DNA of 64,000 nt. Source: an uncultured Planctomycetia bacterium (GTDB lineage: Bacteria > Omnitrophota > Gorgyraeia > JABMRG01 > JAFGKX01). Position 1 is the stretch's first letter. Every line of letters starts with the position of its first letter. Below are positions 19,162 through 28,100 of the stretch, piece after piece. Location of the stretch: contig CAZMYR010000001.1 of assembly GCA_964570585.1 (NCBI GenBank), forward strand, positions 17,441 through 81,440. Reading direction: 5' to 3'. The notes beneath the pieces were generated by a model, which saw nothing but the letters and a program-made list of their open reading frames with translations, was not told where the DNA came from and ran no database searches. Both the position numbers and the translations under genes were made by a program.

Positions 19162-22100
19162 CTATGCGGCGGCATTTATGAATTGGACAATTCTAAAATC
19201 AGCATCGGGCTTCAGATATCTTCTGTCCGTCCTATCTGCATCTTGCACCTTGTCGCCTTCAGTGGCTTTTGGTTCAGGTTCCTGTCTGGTGGTATCACTG
19301 GATAAATCCTTTCTACCTAATAATCTGGCTAACCCGCCACTTACGCTGAGTTGACCAGCTGCTCCTTCTCCGGAAATATCTGGAATTCCAAATTGGGCCA
19401 GATTTTTATTACTGAACTCGGGACGGCCTGTAACATCAATAACTCTGCCAATACCTTCTGGAAAAGAAGGTATTGTTGTCTTCTCATCCGGAAGCTCTAC
19501 TTCAAGAGTTACCAGCCCCTCAAGTTTTCCATAGTATCGGTCTGTTTCTGCCGTTAATCCGTCTTTAAGGGGAACGCAATATCTATCCTTAACAATAACT
19601 CTTTCGTTCGCAAGAGGCCCAAGTCTTTCATAAGTTTCAGCTGATATCGGAATTTCTATTTCTCTTCTTGAAATTCCTTCTCCTATCTTAATGGTAAAGA
19701 AATATTTAGTGCCTTTTTGCCTAATTCTTACTTCCGTATCGCCTTCTATGAATAGATAACGTTGAATAATCCTTGCCGGTGTATAAGAATTCAAAAATTC
19801 CGGAAAATCAAAAAGTAGAAACTTCCTTTCTATCTCCAGGCCTTCTTCTTTTGCCTTAAGCTGAGTTGCAATCTTTTCTAAAATCTCCTTAAGCAAAGCC
19901 TGCCTTAGTCCGACATCATCTATAAGTCCGGTTAGAATATCTGTTATTCTCAAATATAAATCTCTTATATGTTCATTTTTCCAGACGTCTTCTTTAGGCG
20001 GTACCAAAACTGTTTCTTCCCCACTCAACTCTCCGTCAGGCCTCTTTCTTTCAACGATTAACTTAGAGCCTGCTCGTAAGTTTCCCTCATTATCAAGACC
20101 AAGCACGGCATAGACCACAGGCGCATTCATAGGAACGCTTTCCGGATCCTTAACTGCACAATATCCTTCTCTGCCCATAGAACCATCCCTATCGACCAGG
20201 ATAGGCTCGGTATTTATCTGCTTAAAACCAGTAATCTCACCGACATACCTCATAAATTGTGCAGCCGGCCTCATATTTATCTCGGTGTTACCATCAGGTA
20301 AAACCTTTGTTCCAACGTTAATGGGCTTAATCTCCACATGGGTCGTCATTCTGTTGGTTGCATTCTTTACCTTTTCCAAAAGCCCTGCCTGAGAAATCTG
20401 CGCATATTCCTCTAAATTCAAATCAAATAATCTTAAGATTGAATTAACCTTAATATAAAATTGATTGCTGCTAAAATTATCTCCTGGAAGCGGCTGGTCC
20501 AAATTCATATCCTTGCCTTTGCTTAAGACATGGACAAATGTTCCGCCTTTTTCTACTTCACCCTTAATGCCAGGCTTTAGCCTTTTTCCTTTGAAAATAA
20601 TACTCAGTTTATCTCCTTCTAACTTTAGCTCTATACCTTTTGGGAGCTTGGATGACCTTATAATTTTCCCTTTTCTTGCGATAACCCTAAATTCTTTATC
20701 CTCTCCTTGGAAACAAGCAGGGTCAGTAGACCGAAAACTACCGAATATCTTATCGTCCTTGTTTATACTATAAACGGTGTTCTTCTCTATCAGAAGAGTC
20801 AAGATATCGACATCTTTCTTTCTCATAAGATAAGCGGCCTTGGCCGGATCCAGCATACCACCTACATCATCGCCATTTGCTATATGAAGTACTTTAGCGC
20901 CTCTCTGGGCCAACTCGAATAATCTCCTGCTTAAGACCAGCTTGGCAATGATATCGAAATGGCCAACCGGCTTACCGGTATACCCGCCGTCGTCATTTCT
21001 GAATATATCTCCCATATCGCCATTATCGGATAACCATTGTTCTACATTTGCATCAGCATCTTTTCCGTGAGGCAGGTTATATTTTTTACTATCTAAAGGG
21101 GCACCTGAAGCTCTTATGTCTTTATCTGTCGGATTAACCCTGGGTATCTCCCCCTGGGCATATAAGTATAAATCATTCGGAGAATAAATCCCGTATCCGG
21201 CTACCCTTTTCCCAAGATAACCGATATTATTACCACTGCCCATAATCGCCAAGGGTATATATCCCCGGCGAGCTTTTTTAACCAGGTATTTTAAATACAT
21301 CATCTTTACTTCAACGCTGCTAAATAGCCTTCCTGCTATCTTCCATATCGGGGCAAGGAGCTTCAACTTCTGTGATTCTGGTATCTTTACCTTATACCCA
21401 TAGAACCTGCCGGAAGTGCCACCGCCCGGAATTACTTCAGCAATCTCTTCGTTCTCCACCATTTCCATCCCTTCATCATCAAGTTCCTGTATATTCATTC
21501 CGCTTTCTGAAACCGCATCTTCAAAACTCCTGACCTTACTTTTTGGCGGGGCAATCTCTGACTCAGGAAAGCTGCTCTTTTCGACACTAAGCTTACCTGT
21601 TTTATATTGTCTTTGTAATCCTAAAAATTCCTCAAAATCTACAGAAGCAGAAGTATCAGGGTCATCTTCATTAAGAGGAGGAAAATACTTCTTTATTATC
21701 TCTAAAGCCTCTTGAGGGTCTTTCTTTTTTGTCAACTCAAAGATAGTGTGCGAATCGTATTTTTTTAGCCTGGGCTCATATATCCTGACCATCGGGTCGC
21801 GTAACAGGTACTTAATAAATGGGCAAGAATAACCGTTATCAATCAACAATCTTCCAAAAGACGTCTCTTCTATTGGAATATCAAAGATTGAATGCATTTC
21901 GCTAACTGCCTCTAATGGTCCAGAACTCAGGTGAGCTACGTTCTTCTGTCCATTAAGCTGTCTTTTGTCTGATGGGTCTATACCAAGAGGAAGTTTTCCC
22001 AAAACAGCATCCCGTCTAATGCTGCCGGCTATATTATTACCTCTGGGATTATTATCATCACCTAATAACCCTATCCTGCTCTCCTGCCAGGTAGCGCTCT

Positions 22101-24864
22101 TATTATTTGCATTCCTGATTATAATCGCAATCGTCTTTGTCCCTGAATTCTCTTTAAATAGTCTAAATAGGCTTGGCACATAGCCGTTCATTACCAAAGT
22201 AGGCCGGCCATTGTTTATCCTTGGGTCTTTTACAGGAAAGATATTTCTTGCATGCCCGACTTTATTTAGGCCAAAACATAATCCGTTTCTAAACCATGCT
22301 ATACTCTCTCCGTCGTCTCCCAAAAAAGCTTTACTAAGAACTAACTCCTTATCTTTCTTCCTTAGGCGAATCCAGTCTCCTTCTACGGCTATCTCATCGA
22401 TGGAGAATCGTCTCTTAAGCTCTTCAAAAGATATATCCGGCCTTGACACATTCCAAAGTTCAGTAATATCTTCCTCCGATAAACCTTTATTAAGAAGTTC
22501 GGCTGCAGGCATAACCATATCCTCGCTGAAAGGCTCATCAAAGAAGAACTCAAAATCTGGCGTATTATAAAGCTTTCCTATATTATACATAACAGTCGGC
22601 GGAAATTCCCATGAGATATATCCTTGGTAAGCTTCCTGGTATAAAACAGATATCTTCTCAGGATATTTTTTAAAATAAGCCCCATCAAAAACTCTCATCC
22701 CAACTATTTCATATCCAAAATATTGCACCCTTCTTAAAATATCTTCCACCGTAGCATGGTTTGATGTAAATGGCGGTTTCAATAATAATACCGACTCTTT
22801 GGCAGGTTTGCTTACAGATGGTATAAGCGCGCCAACAGAAAGTTCATCAGTGCCATCTTTTTTTGAGGAGGCAACTGTATCAGTCTCGCCCATAACCTTC
22901 TCAAGAAGTTCTCTTGATAATACCGATTCTTCCCCAGCCAGCTTTTCAGGGGAAGCCTCTGGTAATTGAATATAAGCCATCCTGCTGGTTTGAAAGACCA
23001 TATCCAGGGCAGCCATATCCTGGGCCCTCTGTCTCTCAATATCGCCGGCACCCTTATTGTAATTGTAGGGCCTAACCTGGCTATATACATATACATTCTT
23101 ACCTTCTACATACTTTATGTTGAAGTCTTCAAAATACTCTGCGCAGTGAATGCATAATGGAGTACTGCTGGATATATCTATTAGCCTTTCATACACAATG
23201 TCCTTTTTCTCTTCTTCACTCATCCTTTGGTTAGAAATTCTTCTGGTCTTGATCTGGCCGGTATCGATATTTCGAAATCTTACCAGAACGCCGCCATCCT
23301 CCAAATCAACCCCTGCCAAAAGCTCTACGCAAGGTATGCCTTCATCATAGGATATTATCCTGGCAATCGAATGAGCCATCTTAGCGCCTCTTTCGGCACA
23401 TTTTGATGGGCACATATTTCTTGGCCTATAAGGAATTTTGCTCATCCAGTCCGTCTTATGCCTCCGGCAATAGGGCTGACCGATGGCATTAGAAATTATA
23501 GAGCAAGGGATTACATTGATAGCTATATCGCTAAGCTCTTCTTTTCTAAAACCCCTCTCTATCAATAAACCTTTATACAGCTGTTTGCACTCTTGCAATT
23601 TTTCTTCCGCCAATGCTGGAATCTTTGATTCATCTTCTCCCATCTCCCTAAGAGCATCTTTAATGGCCTCTTTAGACTCTTCTGGGGTAAACAGATTAAA
23701 ATGATTAAGGAATTGGAATCCGCTGCTTCCATCGACTGCATAATACCGCCTGCCTGCAACCTGGTCTTTTTCCACCATTATCTCAATCGAGCCTACTGGA
23801 TTATACGGACAGGTCGTGCAACCTCGATTGGCATTGGCAAGCTTTAATAATTGCTGAAGAGCAGGCATCTCCTCAGTCGCCTTTGAATCACTCCTGTAAT
23901 CTACAAGAGAAATATTGGTATATAGCGGTATGTATTTCATTCCGTAGGGCAGTGTCTCTCTGAGCCTGGCATCAAAACTTCTCTCAAATCCCTCCCTAAC
24001 AAAAACTATTTTGTAATATATATCTCCATTCTCTCTCAAAAGTACCAGTTTGCCATTAAATCCTAAACAATTCTTTGGCATAAAGGTATGAATCTTGTAT
24101 TTTGCATCGCCGGTTACAAATCTACAAAGCTGTTCAATCAGCTCTCCAACACTATCAGTAGATATCAGCGCTTCTATCTCTTGCCTGACCTCATCCAGGT
24201 ATTCTGCTTTTTTAAGTAAGACAGCCCCTCTTCTTGTTTTATAATCTTGTGAGGGAGTAAATTCAACAACATCTACTCCTTCTAAACTGGTCAAACTACG
24301 TAAAGAGGCCATCAGAGATTCTGCTTTTTCCTCTGGTAGTTTTTCGTCCTCGGGTAAGTCTAAACTGATACCATAAACTTCTCTTAGTTTATTTACATCT
24401 GGATTTCCTCTGTTTTTAAGTAAGAATTGCCAGATAGTAGAGGGGTTGTATTTCTGCCATGACTGTCTTATTGCGGGTATGTTACAAAAAAGAGAGCACC
24501 ATACCCTGATATCCTCTTGAGAGGTTGCCCTGGAGGCTAACATTCCCATAACATTCAAGGCTTCGGATGTAATTTCAACAGTTGGCTGTTTTATCTTACC
24601 AAAGGTCAATTCAGGATTGGCTTTCAAAAATGAGCTGTGAACCTCAAATATTCTGCCCACCCTATGATAAGCATCAGCTGTACTCAGTCTCCTTAATTCA
24701 CGATTAATAGCGCTGCAATGCTTCTGAAAGATATCGTCGCCTAAATGACCAGGAAGCTGTATACCCGTGGCGCATGGGCGTAGATAGCCCTCTCCGGGAT
24801 AGACCGGTATGGCCAGTTGGTTAATAGCAAATGTTACAATTAGAATAACTTGTACGATTCTCAT
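19162..24864 (-). CDS. Giant multidomain protein 3 (1900 aa): signal peptide, Zn-deaminase-like, nucleoside-diphosphate kinase-like, UDP-sugar pyrophosphorylase-like, CYTH
   Basis: Uninterrupted ORF with hydrophobic N-terminus MRIVQVILIVTFAINQLA; domain motifs listed separately. Confidence 0.95.
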   Translation of the reverse strand: MRIVQVILIVTFAINQLAIPVYPGEGYLRPCATGIQLPGHLGDDIFQKHCSAINRELRRLSTADAYHRVGRIFEVHSSFLKANPELTFGKIKQPTVEITSEALNVMGMLASRATSQEDIRVWCSLFCNIPAIRQSWQKYNPSTIWQFLLKNRGNPDVNKLREVYGISLDLPEDEKLPEEKAESLMASLRSLTSLEGVDVVEFTPSQDYKTRRGAVLLKKAEYLDEVRQEIEALISTDSVGELIEQLCRFVTGDAKYKIHTFMPKNCLGFNGKLVLLRENGDIYYKIVFVREGFERSFDARLRETLPYGMKYIPLYTNISLVDYRSDSKATEEMPALQQLLKLANANRGCTTCPYNPVGSIEIMVEKDQVAGRRYYAVDGSSGFQFLNHFNLFTPEESKEAIKDALREMGEDESKIPALAEEKLQECKQLYKGLLIERGFRKEELSDIAINVIPCSIISNAIGQPYCRRHKTDWMSKIPYRPRNMCPSKCAERGAKMAHSIARIISYDEGIPCVELLAGVDLEDGGVLVRFRNIDTGQIKTRRISNQRMSEEEKKDIVYERLIDISSSTPLCIHCAEYFEDFNIKYVEGKNVYVYSQVRPYNYNKGAGDIERQRAQDMAALDMVFQTSRMAYIQLPEASPEKLAGEESVLSRELLEKVMGETDTVASSKKDGTDELSVGALIPSVSKPAKESVLLLKPPFTSNHATVEDILRRVQYFGYEIVGMRVFDGAYFKKYPEKISVLYQEAYQGYISWEFPPTVMYNIGKLYNTPDFEFFFDEPFSEDMVMPAAELLNKGLSEEDITELWNVSRPDISFEELKRRFSIDEIAVEGDWIRLRKKDKELVLSKAFLGDDGESIAWFRNGLCFGLNKVGHARNIFPVKDPRINNGRPTLVMNGYVPSLFRLFKENSGTKTIAIIIRNANNKSATWQESRIGLLGDDNNPRGNNIAGSIRRDAVLGKLPLGIDPSDKRQLNGQKNVAHLSSGPLEAVSEMHSIFDIPIEETSFGRLLIDNGYSCPFIKYLLRDPMVRIYEPRLKKYDSHTIFELTKKKDPQEALEIIKKYFPPLNEDDPDTSASVDFEEFLGLQRQYKTGKLSVEKSSFPESEIAPPKSKVRSFEDAVSESGMNIQELDDEGMEMVENEEIAEVIPGGGTSGRFYGYKVKIPESQKLKLLAPIWKIAGRLFSSVEVKMMYLKYLVKKARRGYIPLAIMGSGNNIGYLGKRVAGYGIYSPNDLYLYAQGEIPRVNPTDKDIRASGAPLDSKKYNLPHGKDADANVEQWLSDNGDMGDIFRNDDGGYTGKPVGHFDIIAKLVLSRRLFELAQRGAKVLHIANGDDVGGMLDPAKAAYLMRKKDVDILTLLIEKNTVYSINKDDKIFGSFRSTDPACFQGEDKEFRVIARKGKIIRSSKLPKGIELKLEGDKLSIIFKGKRLKPGIKGEVEKGGTFVHVLSKGKDMNLDQPLPGDNFSSNQFYIKVNSILRLFDLNLEEYAQISQAGLLEKVKNATNRMTTHVEIKPINVGTKVLPDGNTEINMRPAAQFMRYVGEITGFKQINTEPILVDRDGSMGREGYCAVKDPESVPMNAPVVYAVLGLDNEGNLRAGSKLIVERKRPDGELSGEETVLVPPKEDVWKNEHIRDLYLRITDILTGLIDDVGLRQALLKEILEKIATQLKAKEEGLEIERKFLLFDFPEFLNSYTPARIIQRYLFIEGDTEVRIRQKGTKYFFTIKIGEGISRREIEIPISAETYERLGPLANERVIVKDRYCVPLKDGLTAETDRYYGKLEGLVTLEVELPDEKTTIPSFPEGIGRVIDVTGRPEFSNKNLAQFGIPDISGEGAAGQLSVSGGLARLLGRKDLSSDTTRQEPEPKATEGDKVQDADRTDRRYLKPDADFRIVQFINAAA
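19395..19838 (-). other. Domain: CYTH triphosphate tunnel metalloenzyme
   Basis: EIERKFL, IIQRYL, EVRIR, TIK, REIE, KDRY, LEVEL, DVTG.PEFSNKNLA. Confidence 0.9.
20140..21450 (-). other. Domain: second UDP-sugar pyrophosphorylase-like
   Basis: PGGGTSGRF, IMGSG, YAQG, KPVGHFD, ANGDD, EKGG, YCAVKD. Confidence 0.7.
21700..22800 (-). other. Domain: nucleoside diphosphate kinase-like
   Basis: VLLLKP start, GSIRRD, NVAHLSSGPLEA with the catalytic His at 21931-21933. Confidence 0.75.
23100..23830 (-). other. Domain: Zn-dependent dCMP/cytidine deaminase-like
   Basis: C...VGS start, C.R...C, CAE (23392-23400), PLCIHC (23143-23160), then FNIKYV. Confidence 0.6.
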
Positions 24865-24873
24865 AGTTAACCT

Positions 24874-24975
24874 TTATGCAGTAGTGAATGAATTTATTAT
24901 CGCGCACCCTTCGACTTTTGTATATTCTGCATCCATGGCAGCTTTAAATCTCCTAAACTTCCTTCTTTCTTTCAT
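24874..24975 (-). pseudogene. 33-aa ORF resembling a truncated PilZ-domain N-terminus
   Basis: MKERRKFRRFKAAMDAEYTKVEGCAIINSFTTA*; RBS-like GAAAGGG upstream; RxxxR present but the ORF stops before any DxSxxG. Confidence 0.5.
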
Positions 24976-25006
24976 CTTAATTACCCTTTCTGCTAGGTTT
25001 GGGTTT

Positions 25007-25036
25007 GCCCACCAGCATCAAAAGATGCTGGTGGGC
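25007..25036. terminator. Perfect 13-bp hairpin downstream of giant gene 4 (terminator or REP-like)
   Basis: GCCCACCAGCATC-AAAA-GATGCTGGTGGGC; no clear U-tract on the minus strand. Confidence 0.55.
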
Positions 25037-25075
25037 TGGGGGCTAAAGCCATGTTATATGGCTTTACTTTATTCC

Positions 25076-25142
25076 GTCATTGCGAGCCCTTGACGTCTTC
25101 GATGTCAAGGGCGAAGCAATCTCAAACGTAGAGATTACTTCG
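25076..25142. repeat. Partial GTCATTGCGAG...CGAAGCAATCT...GAGATT-type REP-like palindromic element
   Basis: GTCATTGCGA, inner hairpin GCCCTTGACGTC-TTC-GATGTCAAGGGC, then CGAAGCAATCTC pairing with GAGATTACTTCG. Confidence 0.6.
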
Positions 25143-25174
25143 GTTGACTCCGCCAGCTTCCATTAGACTTGATA

Positions 25175-28100
25175 TTAAGCCTGCGAAAGAACCTGTTCAT
25201 GCTCCCTGATATAATCTTCATGCAGATCGCTCAGATCAGAGATAATCTCAAACCTCTTATCCTTAAGCAGCATAATGAGCGCCTCTACTACTTTCTGTCT
25301 GGTCCAGACATCAAGGTCTTCTTTCGCTGATGCGAATACGCGTACCTGTGTTATGCCGTCTTTACTCTGTAACTTGTATGCTATATTCTCTACATTCATT
25401 TGTGCAGTAAATACATAATCGAAATGGTCCCTGGTTATACCTTTTACTTCCAGACTTGCAAGTAAAGTATGCATATTTCTTTCTTTATTCACAAGGCAGA
25501 ATTTCCTGCCGTCTCTTCCGGCAGAAAGCACAAGCTGCTGCAATGCCCTGCTTTCTTTAAGGGCATCGGAATAAATAACTATTGCCTGATTATTCAGCTT
25601 AACTGCTATTTCGCCTTCAGGTGCATAATCGAGTAGAGCCTTTGCAATCTGATATTCAAGCGAATAATCTGCTATCTGTGTTAGGTTAAGACCGCGGATT
25701 TGCTCAGGCATAGGCTCTTTTGCTGGAGGAGCCTTGGCTACCTCTTTGGAGGCGGCAACCTCCATTAACGATTTTATAACATACCTATCAGCAAATAATC
25801 TGAGCGCATAGGTTGCCATCTCCCGAACAAATATATCTGCTTTCTCATCCTGCAAAACAGCTAAAAGCGCCTGCTTCGCTGCTTCAATATCTTCCTGCGG
25901 AATATCTTGGTTTGAATATATTATATTCTCTATGGCAGCGATATTTTCGACACCTGCAAATGATGCGGTTTTGTTTTTATTTAATTCTTCTACCTGAACT
26001 TTTATTTCGCCGGCAGAGGAGGCCTTTGGAGCCTCTGTTTTTGTAACTGAGGGTTTCCCTGCAGCGCCGATAGTAGATGTTGACTCAGGCGGTGGTGTAG
26101 TCTTACCTATAAACCTTGCCAATTCTTCCTTTGCCTTTTGTATATCAGCAGGTATCTCAACCGCAACCATAAAACCTTTGCCAGCAGGCCCATACTCTGT
26201 TAGTTTAGGAACCTCTTCCACCGCAAGCTCAGCAAAATATGGAAACTCATCTATTAGTGTCGAGGTGTCTATAGGCGGTGCATAGCCTATGCGTCTAATC
26301 CTTAAATAAGAGCTGTTTTCGGGTCCATTAACAATCTTATCATATGTAGCTACTGTCCTTCTTTGAAGCATCGGGTGCTGCATTAATATCACCGTGTCCA
26401 GCTCATTGAGGCTGCAATGATTATCCCTGACCTTTTGCTTTTCGGCGCGCCTATCCTCTGAATCAGAGCTATTCACTTCTGCGCTTAATACATCCAAACC
26501 ATTTCTTACGTTTTCTTCTGTCTGCGTAGAAGCTGTTTCTATGATTATATGCGATTCATCAACACCTTTCATTATAAGGGTTTCTTTTATAAGCCTTGCT
26601 TCTGAGACACCGGCCGTTTTCAGTTCCTGGTTTGACTTTTTCTCTATATCCGGAATTTCATCAAAAATAGGCAATTTATACCCGGCCTTTTTAAGATTAG
26701 TTATCAGGAATTTTGTCTCGTGCCCAACCCCGCCGCTTATAAATATGTTTTTGACATTTCCTGCGCGATATAATTCCTCCGCTCTCATTATGTATTCGAG
26801 TCTGCTATTACCGAATAGCCATAGCAGGTCTGCAGAAGGCTGTTCGGTATCTCTCTGCGCGAGGTAATCGAATATCTTCACCAATGCATCTATAATCTCC
26901 TTCTTCAGGACGGTGCCTGCAGAAGAAGCTTTTGTCTTTCCCTCTGTCTGAGTAAGGCTCACGTTGGCAAGTTCCCTGCTGCAGTAGGTTTGAGTAATCG
27001 GGCCTTCCCAGACAGCATATAATATGTTGTTAGCCGTAGCTTTTCCTATATATTTATTTCTATTTTTATTTACCGCATCAAATAACTGCTTTAATTCATC
27101 AGCAGAAACTGGCCTATTTACCCTGCCTAAAACTACATGAACAGCATCCTGTCTAAAGCTGCCGGGGAAAATCTTCTTGGGGAAAATTCCAGACATATTA
27201 TCTCTTATCTGAGTCAGCTGCGGATTGTCAACATATCCTATTGCCATCACAATGCCAACCGAACTTAAAATGGCGCCTTCAAATGTTACATCAAAAGGTT
27301 CTGCCTTTTCTAATATCCTCTTTACACTATCTGTCTTTAACAATATATCTTCAGGCGCATCGCCTTTGTAATCTTTTTTGGAAGAGAAAACGCTGGTATG
27401 GAATCCCACCGCACCATTTTCTGCCGGGGTAGTCCTTTGCGGCTTGCTCCATAAGACTATATCGCCTGGTATATCCCTGGCAATCTGTTCCTGCAGAGAA
27501 ACCAGATTGGCAATCAACTCCTGAGACTGCGGCTGTTTCGGCCATTCTATTACCGCCCCTACTGCCTGGCCTGTTAATGGCTGGCCTGTTTCTGTATAAT
27601 AATCTCTGTTTCTGGTTAAATCATCCCTTGTTATACCCCGGTCCTGTTCTATTTTTTTTCTTGTTTCGTTGTGCAAAGTGTCATATTTCTTATCGAGCGC
27701 GGAACGTGATTCGGGATATATCTTTTTTTCTCCAGAAGGTGAACTCTTTGAAGTTTTTACTGGATAATATAATTTTAGTGAGCTTGATGCTAACTCCTGT
27801 AGCTGTGCATCAACATCTGTATCTGGCTCTCTCCTTGCCTGTCTTAATATTGCTCTCCATTCATCACCAAATAAGGCATTTTTGACTTGTGGATAAAGGA
27901 CTACCTCGGCAGCTTTTAAGAGCTCTGGATTGGCTTTAAAATATTCAACTGTAGCTTCAAGGGCCTCGTATTCTAAGGCATCTGGATGGTTAAGGTGCCA
28001 TACCTCATGCCATACAACGCCGTGTAAAAATGCGTCGTAGGTTTTGGTGTGTCTGGCTTGCCTTTTCGCAAATTCCTCTTTGGTTTCCTCTTTGGTTCCG

